Assembly: GCF_006345805.1 (NCBI RefSeq)
Contig: NC_042998.1
Span: 111,352,001-111,416,000 of the forward strand
Reading direction: 5' to 3'
DNA: 64,000 nucleotides
Source: Octopus sinensis
Lineage: Eukaryota
This document shows positions 49,620-64,000 of the stretch, piece by piece. Position numbers and translations under genes: made by a program. Under the pieces are notes generated by a model. The model was not told where the DNA came from. It made no database searches and was given only the letters and a program-made list of their open reading frames with translations. Each line of letters starts with the position of its first letter. The first letter of the stretch is position 1.

Positions 49620-51130
49620 GCAGACAGACATATACATATGCATATACGAATGCGTCTGTTCCCATTTAAAAAAACCCTGTAAAAATCATAATCATAAATA
49701 CAAGCTTCAATTAATCCATCTTCTAATAACAATGAACAGAGAACTAGATAATTAAAAACTGCGTAACTTAAATTCTCCCCAGTTCAATCCAGAAACAGCA
49801 AGCGAATCGGAATCAGAAATTCATTCAATACCCAGTATTTTAATTAGTAGATCTATCCATGAATAATGGTATATAATAAAAATATAAAAAGGGGAAGGAA
49901 ATTATGAACGAGCTAGATAAATAATATGTTTGGAATTAATGTTGACAGTAGATTCCGTACTCAACCACTTAATTAAAAGAACCAAATTAATCTACTGGAT
50001 ATAAACTGATTTGTCAATCCTTTTTAAAATCATTAATGAATTTGACTAAATCAATGAATTCTCTAGATAAGCTTAAAATTAATCATATATATGAAGGGGG
50101 AAAACAGAAAATTACATTGACGCTGTCCATAGTGCATAAAAGATTTCTTCTAACTGAGCAGAAATATCTGTTTGCTAGTGTTCAAGTGGATACACATAAT
50201 CGCATCGACCATCCAGGTAAACATTTTTATCTTCTTCGCAAGGAGACAATTCAAGGATGACTTACATTGATGAAATTTTTAATTAACATGTAAGAAGAAA
50301 ATAACTAAAGCTTCTTATTTACGAATCGCAACATGGATTTCAGGATAAGTAGATCTGACGGTGTACGTTTTTGCTCATATTTTATATTTTTATTTGACCA
50401 AGGGCCAAACCGAATATACCAGAGCTCCTTTTCAAGGAAGAGTTTCACCCAAAACACTACACATCACCTCCAAACAATAGCCCTTCGAAGAGGGACCTTA
50501 TCTGAAGCAAAAGTACTCACCTTCGAAAAATCGGCTCTACCTGAGACATGACTATTCTATATCGAAAATGGATTCTTCCTGAAACATTACAACTCTGTTA
50601 AAAATTGAAGCAGCCTAATGCATCGTCAACTTATAGATAATCTAAGTTATCTAAGGACCCTGCTCGAAATAGATAGAACTCACGAACTCATTTGCCAAGA
50701 AATACTCAAAGAAGTTTCTGTATTTACCTAGGAAAGAATTTTCTACCTGAATAATAATGACCTGTGAAAGTCATTAACAGTTATTTGCCGGCACAGACAC
50801 ACTAAACATTTCATACGGCTCTCTACTTTTAACGAGTGTCTGAAGGACAACTGCTGTCAGAAACGTCATAGTTCACAACTCCTTAAAATAAACGAGCTTA
50901 TCTTACTTTTCAAATTTTATCGACTGGTTTCCACAGGTGAGGAGGGCGTATCACTGACACAGGCCGTCACCACTTTACTTTGCTGAACAGCTGTGGGTGA
51001 TTACACTATAACGATTTGATTATTGCCATCGTTCAACGAGAGGCCTTCTATGAAGAGGTTCTTTCAACTCACTCTGTGTGTGCGTGTGTGTGTGTGTGCG
51101 TGTGTGTGCGTGTGTTTGTGTGTATGTGTG

Positions 51131-51212
<82 letters not shown>

Positions 51213-51214
51213 TG

Positions 51215-51720
51215 ACTCTATTGTCCATGAATGAACAATAACAAACGTCTTCTTATAGTCTACCTTTACATTCGGCAAGTTTCAAAGTGCTGTTTTGCTT
51301 CCTTAACGACTGCTATATTTAAGAGGAGCTGTTCGGCACAACCCCAGGTTCCTTTCTTTTCTCCTGCTTGCTCATCAGTCACCATACACATATTTGTATC
51401 GCATTGATCCTGGAGAGATGTATCGAAGCAATCACTATGTAGTTTAAACATCGCATTAATGCACGTTATACGCTTTTTTTTTTTTTTCATTTTTTTGCCA
51501 CATGCATCTTCTGGATTTTAGCTACTAGTGCTGTACGTGCGGCAGCCAACCTGTCTGGCACATCAACTCTGAATTCATCGTTCTTTTGAACACGTTAACG
51601 AAGGCTTCCCTGTAGGACAAGAGCTTTTTGTTCCAATAACCGACGATCAGGTCTCTCTGCCCCAAGTAATTTTCCGTTCGGAAGATTTGCGACATCAGTC
51701 AGGGGAGTTTTACTAATGAT
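51215..51720 (-). mobile_element. R4/Dong-clade reverse transcriptase fragment
   Basis: RDLIVGYWNKKLLSYREAF..ITCINAMFKL..EQAGEKKGTWGCAEQLLLN..VDYKKTF..VHSW, frameshifted. Confidence 0.8.
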
Positions 51721-51891
51721 ATTATAAGTTATGCGAGAGGCATTTACTCAATACTCGCTCTGTGGCCCATGCAGCTACATTGCATCATAGCTGTGTTGTT
51801 TGCTTGCATTCCAGAACTTTCTTTTAAGACCTTAGAGATCATGCAGTTGAGGAGCTTCAATAATTCCATGTTACGATATATATGGCTGTGT

Positions 51892-51957
<66 letters not shown>

Positions 51958-52115
51958 GACACTTATGTATGTATGTATGTATGTATGTCGATAGGTAGGT
52001 AGGTAGGTAGGTAGATAGGTAGGTAGGGGGTAGGTATGCTGGCACACAGACAGATAGCCAGACAGACAGACAGATAGACAGACATATAGACAGACAGATA
52101 GATAGATAGATAGAT

Positions 52116-53035
<920 letters not shown>

Positions 53036-53201
53036 GATATTTATGTATGTATGTATGTCGATAGGTAGGTAGGTAGGTAGGTAGGTAGGTAGGTAGGTAG
53101 GTAGGAGGTAGGTATGCTGATACACAGACAGATAGCCAGACAGACAGACAGACAGATAGACAGACAGACAGATAGACAGACAGATAGACAGACAGACAGA
53201 T

Positions 53202-53298
<97 letters not shown>

Positions 53299-54236
53299 TG
53301 ATAGATAGATAGATAGATAAACATTTATGTATGCATGCATATTCTTGTATGTATGTCACAACTTGTGACCTGTCGGCTTGCTCTAAAATATTACATCTCC
53401 TCAAAAGGTTTTCAGTAGTATATCATGCTATTTAAATTAAACAAAATGTTACACATTTTGCATTGGAAGTAGCGGACAAAGTCGATGAGAGCTATCTGCG
53501 TAGGTGATATAAAAAAAGAAAGAGTCATCCTATTCCGGATCTGAACTCAGCACATAACAAAATGTCACGAGTTCTCGTACGACGCTCTATCGGCTTTTGT
53601 CATTAAGATAAAACATTTTATAATCTATATTTACACAGTTTTTTTTATAATTATAAATAGGTTTCAATATGCGAAGAACTGAAGTTTTATAGATAAATGC
53701 AAGGGCTCCGTGTGAAATAAGGAGCTGAACACGAAAACAGAACATTTTCCTTTCAAAAAAAAATGTTGAAACGTTGTTAAGAAGAAAATAAATGTTCAAA
53801 CAATTCAACATTAATTCTACATGCTAAATCTCAGGAAAAACCATAATAATAATTATTATCCACAAACTTTCAAAATCATAATCGTTATTATTTTACACAA
53901 CATTGAATATATTCACATTAACAAATCATGCATGATAGAGCCACATCTGTTGTTATTGTCGTTTATCATGTTTTTTTGTTGTTTTTTTCGTGTTTTTTTT
54001 CTTCTTTAATTTTGTTGTGTTAAAAACTATTTAAAATAATATGAAAATTTTAAAAGCATTTCTATTATAAAAGTTGCATAATTTATATTAAATTGACTAA
54101 CTTTTCTACAAAGGTTTTAAGCGCTAGTTGCGAAATTTATTCTGAAATATAACCTGTTAGAAATGTTTTAGAGACAAAAATGTAAAAAAAAAACACACAT
54201 ACACACATTCATACCCACACGAATATATGCACAAGC

Positions 54237-54268
<32 letters not shown>

Positions 54269-54627
54269 ACATACACACACATTCACACACACATACACAC
54301 ACACATACACACACATTCACACATACACAAATACACACACATGCACACATCCTCGTTCCCCGACGAAAGTGATAGCTTGCCTGGTTTGTGTAACGATAGT
54401 AATAGCAACAACGAGATACTACATTTAGAAGCAGTTTCATTTCATATCATTGCACTATTTTATCATATTTTTATAATATTTTATTTTATTGATCGATTTC
54501 TCTGTATGTGTCTTTTCAGGTGTCATTCCTCGCCCCCGTTGGCTCATCTGAATTCTTGAGGTGTGTATGTGCTTGTGGCTGTTTGTATGAGTGTGTGTGC
54601 ACGCGTGTGTGTGTGTGTGTAAGCACT

Positions 54628-54664
<37 letters not shown>

Positions 54665-54989
54665 TTGTGAATGTGTAAATATTTCTGGAAACCAATCTTG
54701 ATTTGATTCCTATTTTATTTCTAGAACTTATATCTTTATCTCCTAACTTAAATCCTTCCTTCTGGATGGTAGCCCCCTTCCCCTCGGATCGCCTTCGCTA
54801 TATATTCGTCACCATCTTCATTACCATCATCGTCATCATCATCATCATAATCATGATCATCATCATCATCATCATAATCTCCTCCACCACCACCACCATT
54901 CGTACCACCTCGATCACCTCCACGATCATTCACATGATTATTCAGCGCTACCACGATGACGACCACCACCAGCACCACTACTGCTGCTG

Positions 54990-55041
<52 letters not shown>

Positions 55042-55759
55042 CTCTACCATATTAAGAATCATTGATTATCGTTTTCGAATTACGTCTGCAAAATAAATGC
55101 TGCTTGTCGAATCATACGAGGTATTTATAAATTTACCCAACCTCATTAGGCATTTTTCTTTTTGCTGCAAAACTGAGTTAAATATCACTTATGCTTTGTT
55201 TTAATTCAGTATTCAAACAGTTATTTAACTCCATACCAAAATCCACTCTAATGAGCTAATGAAAGAGTCTCTAAGCAGTTGCTCGACTGCTAGATACAGC
55301 ATCTAAATTATCTTCAAATTCCACCGTATCACCTTCAATGAGTAAAGTTACTATGCAACCACTGGTACACAAGATCTACTTGATCGGGGCTAGCTTTGAA
55401 CTAAATAACAACAACAACAACTACTACGTCGTTTCCCAAAGCTGCTCATTAATTCACAAACCTCGGTTTCATTCTTAAATCGTTGCCGTATCCTGAAGAG
55501 AATTCTATTATAGCATAGCTTCCTCACACCCGTAAACACTCATAAATATTATTCGTATCACTCTCAACCTGATCTCCTTTTATTCTTGTTATGCTGCTTT
55601 TATTACCTTTTAAACTCCCTTCTCTTGTTTCTCTTTCCTTCTCTCTCTCTCTCTTTCTCTCTCTCATTCTCTCTCTCATTCTCTCTCTCCTTCTCTCTCT
55701 CTCTCTCCCTCTCTCTTTGAACTAACCGTTTTCGTAAACCTACCACCATCCACACGTAT

Positions 55760-56260
55760 ACACCAAGAGCTAAACATTCTCAGTCGTTTAAGATCAACGA
55801 GACCACCGTCAATGAGAACGTCTCTTCCATTACTCTTGAATAATGCACTCCAGAGATAGTTCCTTTCTTCATTAAAGTCGCCATTCTCTATATATAATGA
55901 GATCTAACCAGGCCATTGGAAGCATACCACAGCATATTCATCTCAAAGAAGAGATTCTCTCTGACATTACTAACTATCGGCTTATGTTTTGTAACCTGTC
56001 AAAAGTGAAGAAACAGTAGTTAACAAATAAAATCTTCAATAGCGTGAGTCTCTCTTTCACCTCAGTACGAAGCCGTATTAACACCCTATACGGTTTAGAT
56101 CTACTGGGGATGGGTGGTCTTTGAAAAATATTGTCGTTGACATCAGCAAAATATTTTACCGTGTTTGACATGAGATTCACTCAGCTAAGCTACTCATTTG
56201 TCTTCTCCCATCTGTTGCATCTTTCCGATCTTAGTAAGTCTCATGTGAACCAAAAGTTCT
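55760..56260 (+). mobile_element. Highly degraded CR1/Jockey-group RT fragment
   Basis: TNYRLM (xNYRPI-like) and DISKIFYRV*H..AKL (DISKAFDRVWH-like). Confidence 0.55.
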
Positions 56261-56589
56261 GTTATGTCATCTACACTTTTTTTCCGTTATATCACTTTTC
56301 ACTAATTTTCCATACATAGGTGTCATCACATCCAACTAAGAAACTTCACATTAAACCTGCACTGCTTTCATGTGCAGAGACTTGGAAGTCGTTCTCCAAC
56401 AGGGACATGACAATCTTATAGCTTTCCTACAACAGTGCAAAGTCACAAATACAGCACAAATCAAGGAAACCACCGCATAACTCATCTCTTTTTAGTCTTG
56501 CATGTATTTCTCGAGTTAGAAAACATTCAAATAAAATCGTTAAAGTTGCTACAAATTTACTTAGTTCATAATTCAAAATAATATTCCAT

Positions 56590-56850
56590 AGGTGCAGGTA
56601 TGGCTGTGTAATAAGAAGTTTGTTTCTCAACCACATGGCTCTGGTTCAGTCTCACTGTGTGACACCTTCAGCAAATGTCTTCTGCTGCAGTTTCAGACCG
56701 ACCAAAGCCTTGTGAGCGGATTTGGTAGGCGGAAAATTAAAGAAGCCCATCGAATGTGTGTGTGTTTGTCTGTGTTTGTCTACAGCTTGACAACCGCTGT
56801 TGGTTTAGAAAGAGATCGATGGAATAAGTACCAAGCTTTAAAACATGAAA
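56590..56850 (+). mobile_element. SINE family 2, partial copy
   Basis: GGCTGTGTAATAAGAAGTTTG..GGTTCAGTCTCAC..CCGACCAAAGCCTTGTGAG. Confidence 0.75.
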
Positions 56851-58154
56851 AAGTAGAATACAGTCCTGAAATATTTTATACTTAGACAAATATACTTATT
56901 TCTTTACCTCGAGTTTATAACATTTGTTATGGACGACAATTTAATACAGCAAGGACCTGTGTAGCAAGACATGAACTCGTGTTGCCATCGTAGACTTCAA
57001 GCCACGATTTAGCAACGACTTGATCATGTACGCAACCGAGTTATTGACAGATCAGTAGCCAGACATCACCTAAAAGATTATTCTGGAAGGCCCTAGAACA
57101 CTTCCCTACCAGGATTATAGATAGAGTCCTTTTCAGCGCCGAACTTCAGTGTGTCCTTGGTGCCGTGGCGCGAAATACATGTTCTTTCTTTCGTAGTTGT
57201 TATATTCCTTATAATTACTCCAGCCTCGGTGGTAAATTTTGATATCTAGCTACTTTGCATCTTGCATCATATTTCTTTCATCTTGTTGACTCTACGTAGA
57301 TATTTTGCAGTTCTTGAATAACTTCATATGACTCGTGCGGCGTTAATAAATCATGTTTAAATGATCACTTGATGTTAAACCTTACGCACAACCCCCGTAA
57401 ATCACCCAGCAACAATCACAACCACAACACGTCCCAGCAACATTGGTGTGAACCAAGCAATACCTGCAATAAGCACGCAAGAACATAGAGACTTCCGTTT
57501 TAAATTCTATGTATTACATAAAGTAATGAGTCAGACAGATAGCCTATTAAAGTGACTCTAGCGATTTAATGGTACTTATTTCATTGACCAGAAAGGAGAA
57601 TAAAAGGTAAGGTATCCTTCATAGGTTTTAAACTCAAAAGGCTAAGGGTTGTAACTACTATTACAAGACATTTAGTCCTTCACTATAACGAGTCTGCTAA
57701 AACGTCACCCAAAAATATTGATAGTAATATTTTTATCGTATATTTACTTTGAAATTCTAGTACTGTAGCCTGAATCATATTTTAGTATCGCAGTATGTGT
57801 TTCACTGCTTTAACAACTCTCTCTGTTAGTTAATGAAATATCAATGCAGACAACTTTTCAAAGTAATGTGTATTTTACTTTCCAAATCATTTCATAAACC
57901 GGTTTTCGTTGCCGAGGAAACTGCAACATTCATCCCAAAATATAACTTTCGGATGTTAAAATATTTTATTCATCTGCAGTTTCAAATATAGATCAGTTCG
58001 TATGGAACTTTTTTTTCTGTCTTTCGTTTTAACAGAAAATGAATTTTCAAATTGGGACTTATTTTGTGTGAAAAATATAATTCGTACACAAATATAATAT
58101 GAACAGAAATGGTTGTGATTCTTTGAAAGACAAATGTTGAAGAAGATTACATAG

Positions 58155-58240
<86 letters not shown>

Positions 58241-58928
58241 GTGTGTATGTGTGTGAGAGTGTAAGGTGCTTATATATATACATATATAACATGGTAGAGA
58301 CGGAAAATGGAATATGCAAGAAACTTTATTGCTGACAACGATCGTTTCAACCTATCCTGCATCGATCCCTCGCGAGAGGAACACTGTGCAGTTGTGATAT
58401 AAACATGTATGTGTGCGTGTGTGTGCACGCGCGCGCTGCGAAACGTCAAAGACTTTTCCGTTTTTCCGAGTGTTCGACTAACACACCTTGTTCCTTCACC
58501 TGCCTCCGTCTTTGTTTTCTGTAAATTTGAACTACATATATATATACCTCACATATACCTCACATAGATCACGATATATGATGAACTGCGATCAAAACGT
58601 TGGTGGAAGCAGAAGAAATAAAGATCGAAATCGATAAAGAGAATGATTCATGTTATGTGCGTAAAATTAAAGTGGGTGGCCAGTTGGGAGCAACTGAAGC
58701 AGCTCGGCCAAATGACTAATGTAAAAAAAAAAAAACCTTGAAGTGTATACTTGAAAAGAATAAAAAAAATATGAATGACTTAGTCGCGTCATTTTAAGGT
58801 TGCTCATCGTACTGCGTTCGATTCTGCTGTGCAGTACCTATGGCGAGAGTCTTCAACGAGAACCTAGGGTTGACAAATGACTTGTGAGTAGAATCTGATA
58901 GATGGAAAGCATGTATAAGCCCATCGTG

Positions 58929-59008
<80 letters not shown>

Positions 59009-59025
59009 CAGATAGATAGATAGAC

Positions 59026-59081
<56 letters not shown>

Positions 59082-59082
<1 letters not shown>

Positions 59083-59398
59083 TGTTTCTTTAGTAGCCAC
59101 ACAGGGCTGCACACAGACAGAACAAATTACAAGGTAGAGCTTTTCTTTTGGGGGTAAAAAAAAGGGGGTTGGTTTTCGATCAAAAGGGATCGTAAAAGGA
59201 AAGAAAGAGGACAAAAAAAGGGGAGGATTTAAAAAAAAGGAGGGGAGAGGGAAAAAAAAGAAAAGGGGAGAGTAAAAAAAAAATTGATCAATAGGGATCG
59301 TAATCACAGAAATGTCAATATGAAGTGTAAAGGGGAGGACAGGTGAGGTTTACCCGTGGAAGGAAAAGCCTACGGAAAAGACCACGGTAACCTCGGTC
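59082..59398 (-). mobile_element. Tx1-like 3' UTR copy within (GATA)n
   Basis: Homologous to about 52116-52400. Confidence 0.9.
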
Positions 59399-59457
<59 letters not shown>

Positions 59458-59474
59458 CAGATAGATAGATAGAC

Positions 59475-59558
<84 letters not shown>

Positions 59559-59559
<1 letters not shown>

Positions 59560-59875
59560 TGTTTCTTTAGTAGCCACACAGGGCTGCACACAGACAGAAC
59601 AAATTACAAGGTAGAGCTTTTCTTTTGGGGGTAAAAAAAAGGGGGTTGGTTTTCGATCAAAAGGGATCGTAAAAGGAAAGAAAGAGGACAAAAAAAGGGG
59701 AGGATTTAAAAAAAAGGAGGGGAGAGGGAAAAAAAAGAAAAGGGGAGAGTAAAAAAAAAATTGATCAATAGGGATCGTAATCACAGAAATGTCAATATGA
59801 AGTGTAAAGGGGAGGACAGGTGAGGTTTACCCGTGGAAGGAAAAGCCTACGGAAAAGACCACGGTAACCTCGGTC

Positions 59876-59876
<1 letters not shown>
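59559..59876 (-). mobile_element. Tx1-like 3' UTR copy within (GATA)n, near-identical to 59082-59398
   Basis: 477-bp offset and the same truncation point. Confidence 0.9.
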
Positions 59877-59958
<82 letters not shown>

Positions 59959-60374
59959 TGGTTGCTATTTATTGCAAGTCAAGTGGTTGTGTTGAATTTC
60001 CTTCGCCCTCCGTTACTATCTCTGAAATTAGATGACTATAAAATATTGAACCAATCCATGTCACTTTAGGACATGTTTTTAATGATTATCTTTGTGTTTG
60101 CTTCATTTTCATTTATTTTGTTTCATTGTTTGTGTAAATCTGAAAAATGCATGAAAGCTGTTCTTAGAAAGTGAGAACCTAAACGTTTAATTTAGAATTA
60201 TTTGTTTAATTGTTGTTATTTATTTGTTACCGATTACTGTTATACATCTAAAATATTAGTATTGATGGTTTGGTTGAGTAAACATTGCGTATTATTTTAT
60301 TAAAAGCTTGATGTTTCCCAACATCGAAAATAGTGCTCTGAACCTGCTAACCTATTGAATATATTTCAGCGGAA

Positions 60375-60980
60375 GGCGGCGAGCTGGCAGAAACGTTAAG
60401 CACGCCGGACGATATGCGGTAGCCGTATTTCGTCTGCCGTTACATTCTGAGTTCAAATTCCGCCGAGGTCGACTTTGCCTTTCACCCTTTCGGGGTCGAT
60501 AAATAAGTACCAGTTACGCACTGGGGTCGATATAACCGACTTAATCCGTTTGTCCTCTCTGTGTTTAGCCCCTTGTGGGTAGTAAAGAAATAGGTATTTC
60601 GTCTGCCGTTACGTTCTGAGTTCAAATTCCGCCGAGCTTGACTTTGCCTTTCATCATTTCGAGGTCGATAAATTAAGTACCAGTTACGCACCGGGGTCGA
60701 TGTAATCGATTTAATCTCGTTGTCTGTCCTTGCTTGTCCCCTCTATGTTTTGCCCCCTTGTGGGCAATTGAGAAATAAGAAACGTTAGCGGACGAAATGC
60801 TTAGCTGTATTTCGTCCGTCATTACGTTCTGAGTTCAAATTCCGCCGAGGTCGACTTTGCCTTTCATCCTTTCGGAGTCACTAAATTAAGTCCCATTTGC
60901 GTACTGGTGTCGATTTAATCAACTGCCCCACCCCAAAAAAACATTTTGGATCTTGTGCCTAGAGTAGACAAGAATATATT
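60375..60980 (+). mobile_element. SINE family 1 trimer (two tail-B units plus one tail-A unit)
   Basis: Head at 60375, re-entries at about 60594 (TATTTCGTC) and about 60778 (AGAAACGTTAGC), tail A at about 60920-60980. Confidence 0.9.
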
Positions 60981-61621
60981 TCAGTGGATCCTATCATGCA
61001 AATGTATCATATATAGCGACATTTCTATATAGATATTTGACGATAATTTGTGCTTTTATTTATTCATTAAACTCTGTTTCACTTTCTTCTCACGTGAGAA
61101 GTACTAGAAATTCAATTCTGAAGTAAAATCAGAAAACTGAAAATGTCCATGCTAGAAATAAACTTGACAGGGAGAATAAGCTTGCCAATTTTTAAATACT
61201 TGAAGAAATTTCTCTGTGTACCATTACCATCTCTAAAGTTTATAGGAACTGGCTTCTTGTGAAAGATAAGAGAGTCTTTGAAAATGCATCAGGAGATGTC
61301 AATGTCAGTGATTGAAGTATATTAGAGGCTGAAATACTTTGATTGCCTTGACCGAACAGAATTTCATATGATGAAAAACTATTTGGTTTGATGAGAGAAA
61401 ACATACAAGTTAGTCTATGAAATCATTAACCTTAATATTTCTCATCTAATAATGATAGTAATTAATAACAAATAATTATTAATAAAAAGTCAGTTTCCTT
61501 AAATTAAATATGGTCTCAGTAACCATTTCATTCATTCTTGAGATGCAAAAATTGGCAATCTTACCTTTGGTTTACTTCTTGATTTCAGTTTATCTATTTA
61601 TTTATATATTCATTTATATAT

Positions 61622-61656
<35 letters not shown>

Positions 61657-62316
61657 TTAACTTGTTGCTTGCTCGTCATTCCCTAGTTATTTGCTTGTTA
61701 ATCCATTTGTTAATTAATTTACACCTTCTGGATGTGTAAGTAAAATATTAAGCTCATCTCACACGCCACCTGCTGACATCATGCGGCGTTTCTCAGTAAG
61801 AAAGCCCACGAGACATCTCTACAGACATCAATGAGTTTGAGAAATAATACCTGTTTTTGTTTTTAAATTATTATTTCTTTTGCAATTATACACCTACTTG
61901 CTATTTTACTGTAAACTGCTTGCAGACAGTAAAATGTATTCATGCTGGGCCAACGCCAAATATATGTGACATTACAGCACAATTTTCAGCAGAAACTTTC
62001 TGACGAAAGCTGAAATTAGTTTCTGTATGTCTGTTGATGTGTGAGCGAAAACACGGATGATGAAATTATCCTTTGCTACAAATCTCAAAGCAGAAGAGAA
62101 ATAATGTATATTTGTTATTTTTTGTTTTTCTCGTCAACGTCACTATTATATTCCTACAATAACTCTAAATTGATGTCTTGATAGAATCAATAGATTACAT
62201 TATTGTGGAATATGACACGTGTTTCATAGCATCTCCTTCGCAATAACAAAATACTTTAATATGTGTTAACGTACTTGGGTGTGTATGTATGCATGTATGT
62301 ATGTATGTATGTATGT

Positions 62317-62352
<36 letters not shown>

Positions 62353-62517
62353 TAACATATACATGAGTGCATGTATACATGTAAGTCTTTGTATGTATAT
62401 GTGTTGTTATATATACATTTATCTATACTAATACATACACCTATACGCACACAGACACATATATGTATATATACATACATATATATAAACATATATATAT
62501 ATATACATATACTCATA

Positions 62518-62558
<41 letters not shown>

Positions 62559-62930
62559 TGTAAATATGTGCTTGGAAGTGAGCCTGTGCTTATGTGCGCA
62601 CAGACAATGTGATTATATATATTTTATGTATGGCTTTTGTTGCAAAGACAGAGAGAGAAAGAAGAGATGTGATTGTATGTGTATAAGTATCTGGGCTGTG
62701 AATCTCTGTGTATGCGTGCATATGTGTGTATGTGTTTACGTGCGTGTGTGTTCGTGTTTGCGTATGTGTGTATGTTTGCGTGCGTGTGTGTGTGTGTGAA
62801 GATATACACACTACAGCATATCACAAACATATCTAAGAGTAGCATATCACTAGCGTATCACAGAGTGCGTAAGTGTCAGTCAATAACAGCAACAATAACA
62901 ACAATAACAACAACAGCGACGACGACGACG

Positions 62931-62969
<39 letters not shown>

Positions 62970-62970
62970 G

Positions 62971-63007
<37 letters not shown>

Positions 63008-63388
63008 TGCAGCAGTAAAATGATTTTAAAAGAATAGAGAAAATGGAGAAAAATAAAGAACGGAAGAAAAAATACTATTTCAGAAAAGTTTGCTATATAT
63101 TTTTTTTTTTTTGTAGCTATTCACTTTGGTTGCTGTTCTTATCATTGTTGCTGTCTTCGTCGATGTTCTTTCTGTTATCGTGTTGTTTTATTCTCTTATT
63201 TTTGTATTTATTGATATGTGTTTCTGGTTCTTTTTTTTTTTTTTATTATTATTGTATGACCTTTTCAAAAGTTCTGCCAATGAATACAGATGACAATGAC
63301 AAATAGTATATGGAATGATCTTTTGGTATTCAAGCAGATAATAGGATTTAATCAATCATTTAAACCGTTTTCAAATCGCTTAACAGAA

Positions 63389-63421
<33 letters not shown>

Positions 63422-63610
63422 GCTCTTTCACTATCTTCTGCGAATGTGGTGTGCTCATGACACGATTATATTGCTTACCCAGGATGGTGCCCTACTGAAA
63501 GAAATAGATCTTCCATAAATCGGATGTACACACTTTCCAATTTTACATGATTCCATGCTGGTATAATTTCTTCTGAACGAAGCATCTCAAATATCTTTCG
63601 TCATTAATAG

Positions 63611-63661
<51 letters not shown>

Positions 63662-63743
63662 TGTGTGTTTCTATGGATGTGGATGTGTATTTGTTCGCAT
63701 GCATGTGTGTGTGTCTATGAGTATGTGTATATATATATGTGTA

Positions 63744-63777
<34 letters not shown>

Positions 63778-63794
63778 CATATATATATATATTG

Positions 63795-63837
<43 letters not shown>

Positions 63838-64000
63838 GTATATATATATACATATATCTATATATATATATATGTGTGTGTGTGTGTACATACATATGTG
63901 CATGTGTGTATGTATGATTGTATGTATGTATGGATATAAATAAATATATATATATATACATATGTACATACATGCATATATATGTATATACATATATATC

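Noticed and set aside
56925-57420. Second solo LTR with a tRNA-His PBS-like TGGTGCCGTG at 57158-57167
   Set aside because: It starts with TGTT and has an AATAAA, but I found no matching CA end with a TSD, and the PBS-like site is not adjacent to an LTR end.

Overview
AT-rich, microsatellite-saturated, non-genic eukaryotic DNA. The repeat families resemble those of octopus (coleoid cephalopod) genomes; this is recalled similarity, not a database match. No host gene exon could be supported, and nearly all long ORF-track entries are simple-repeat artefacts. The window is a dense mosaic of mobile elements: (1) a tRNA-derived SINE in monomer, dimer and 184-bp tandem-array forms with two alternative 3' tails; (2) a second SINE family whose tail matches CR1-type LINE 3' ends; (3) R4/Dong-clade non-LTR elements and an orphan 542-bp element, mostly at (TAA)n; (4) Tx1-like non-LTR fragments at (GATA)n and (TAA)n; (5) a decayed Tc1/mariner transposon; (6) a Helitron-like non-autonomous element; (7) a solo LTR with a 4-bp TSD and HSE/ETS motifs; (8) a 700-bp foldback element. 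The strongest leads are an inverted pair of type I hammerhead-ribozyme motifs at 41.7-41.8 kb, and a SINE tail that is about 81-85% identical to the Tx1-like 3' terminus, suggesting a SINE-Tx1 partnership within a set of microsatellite-targeting retroelements.
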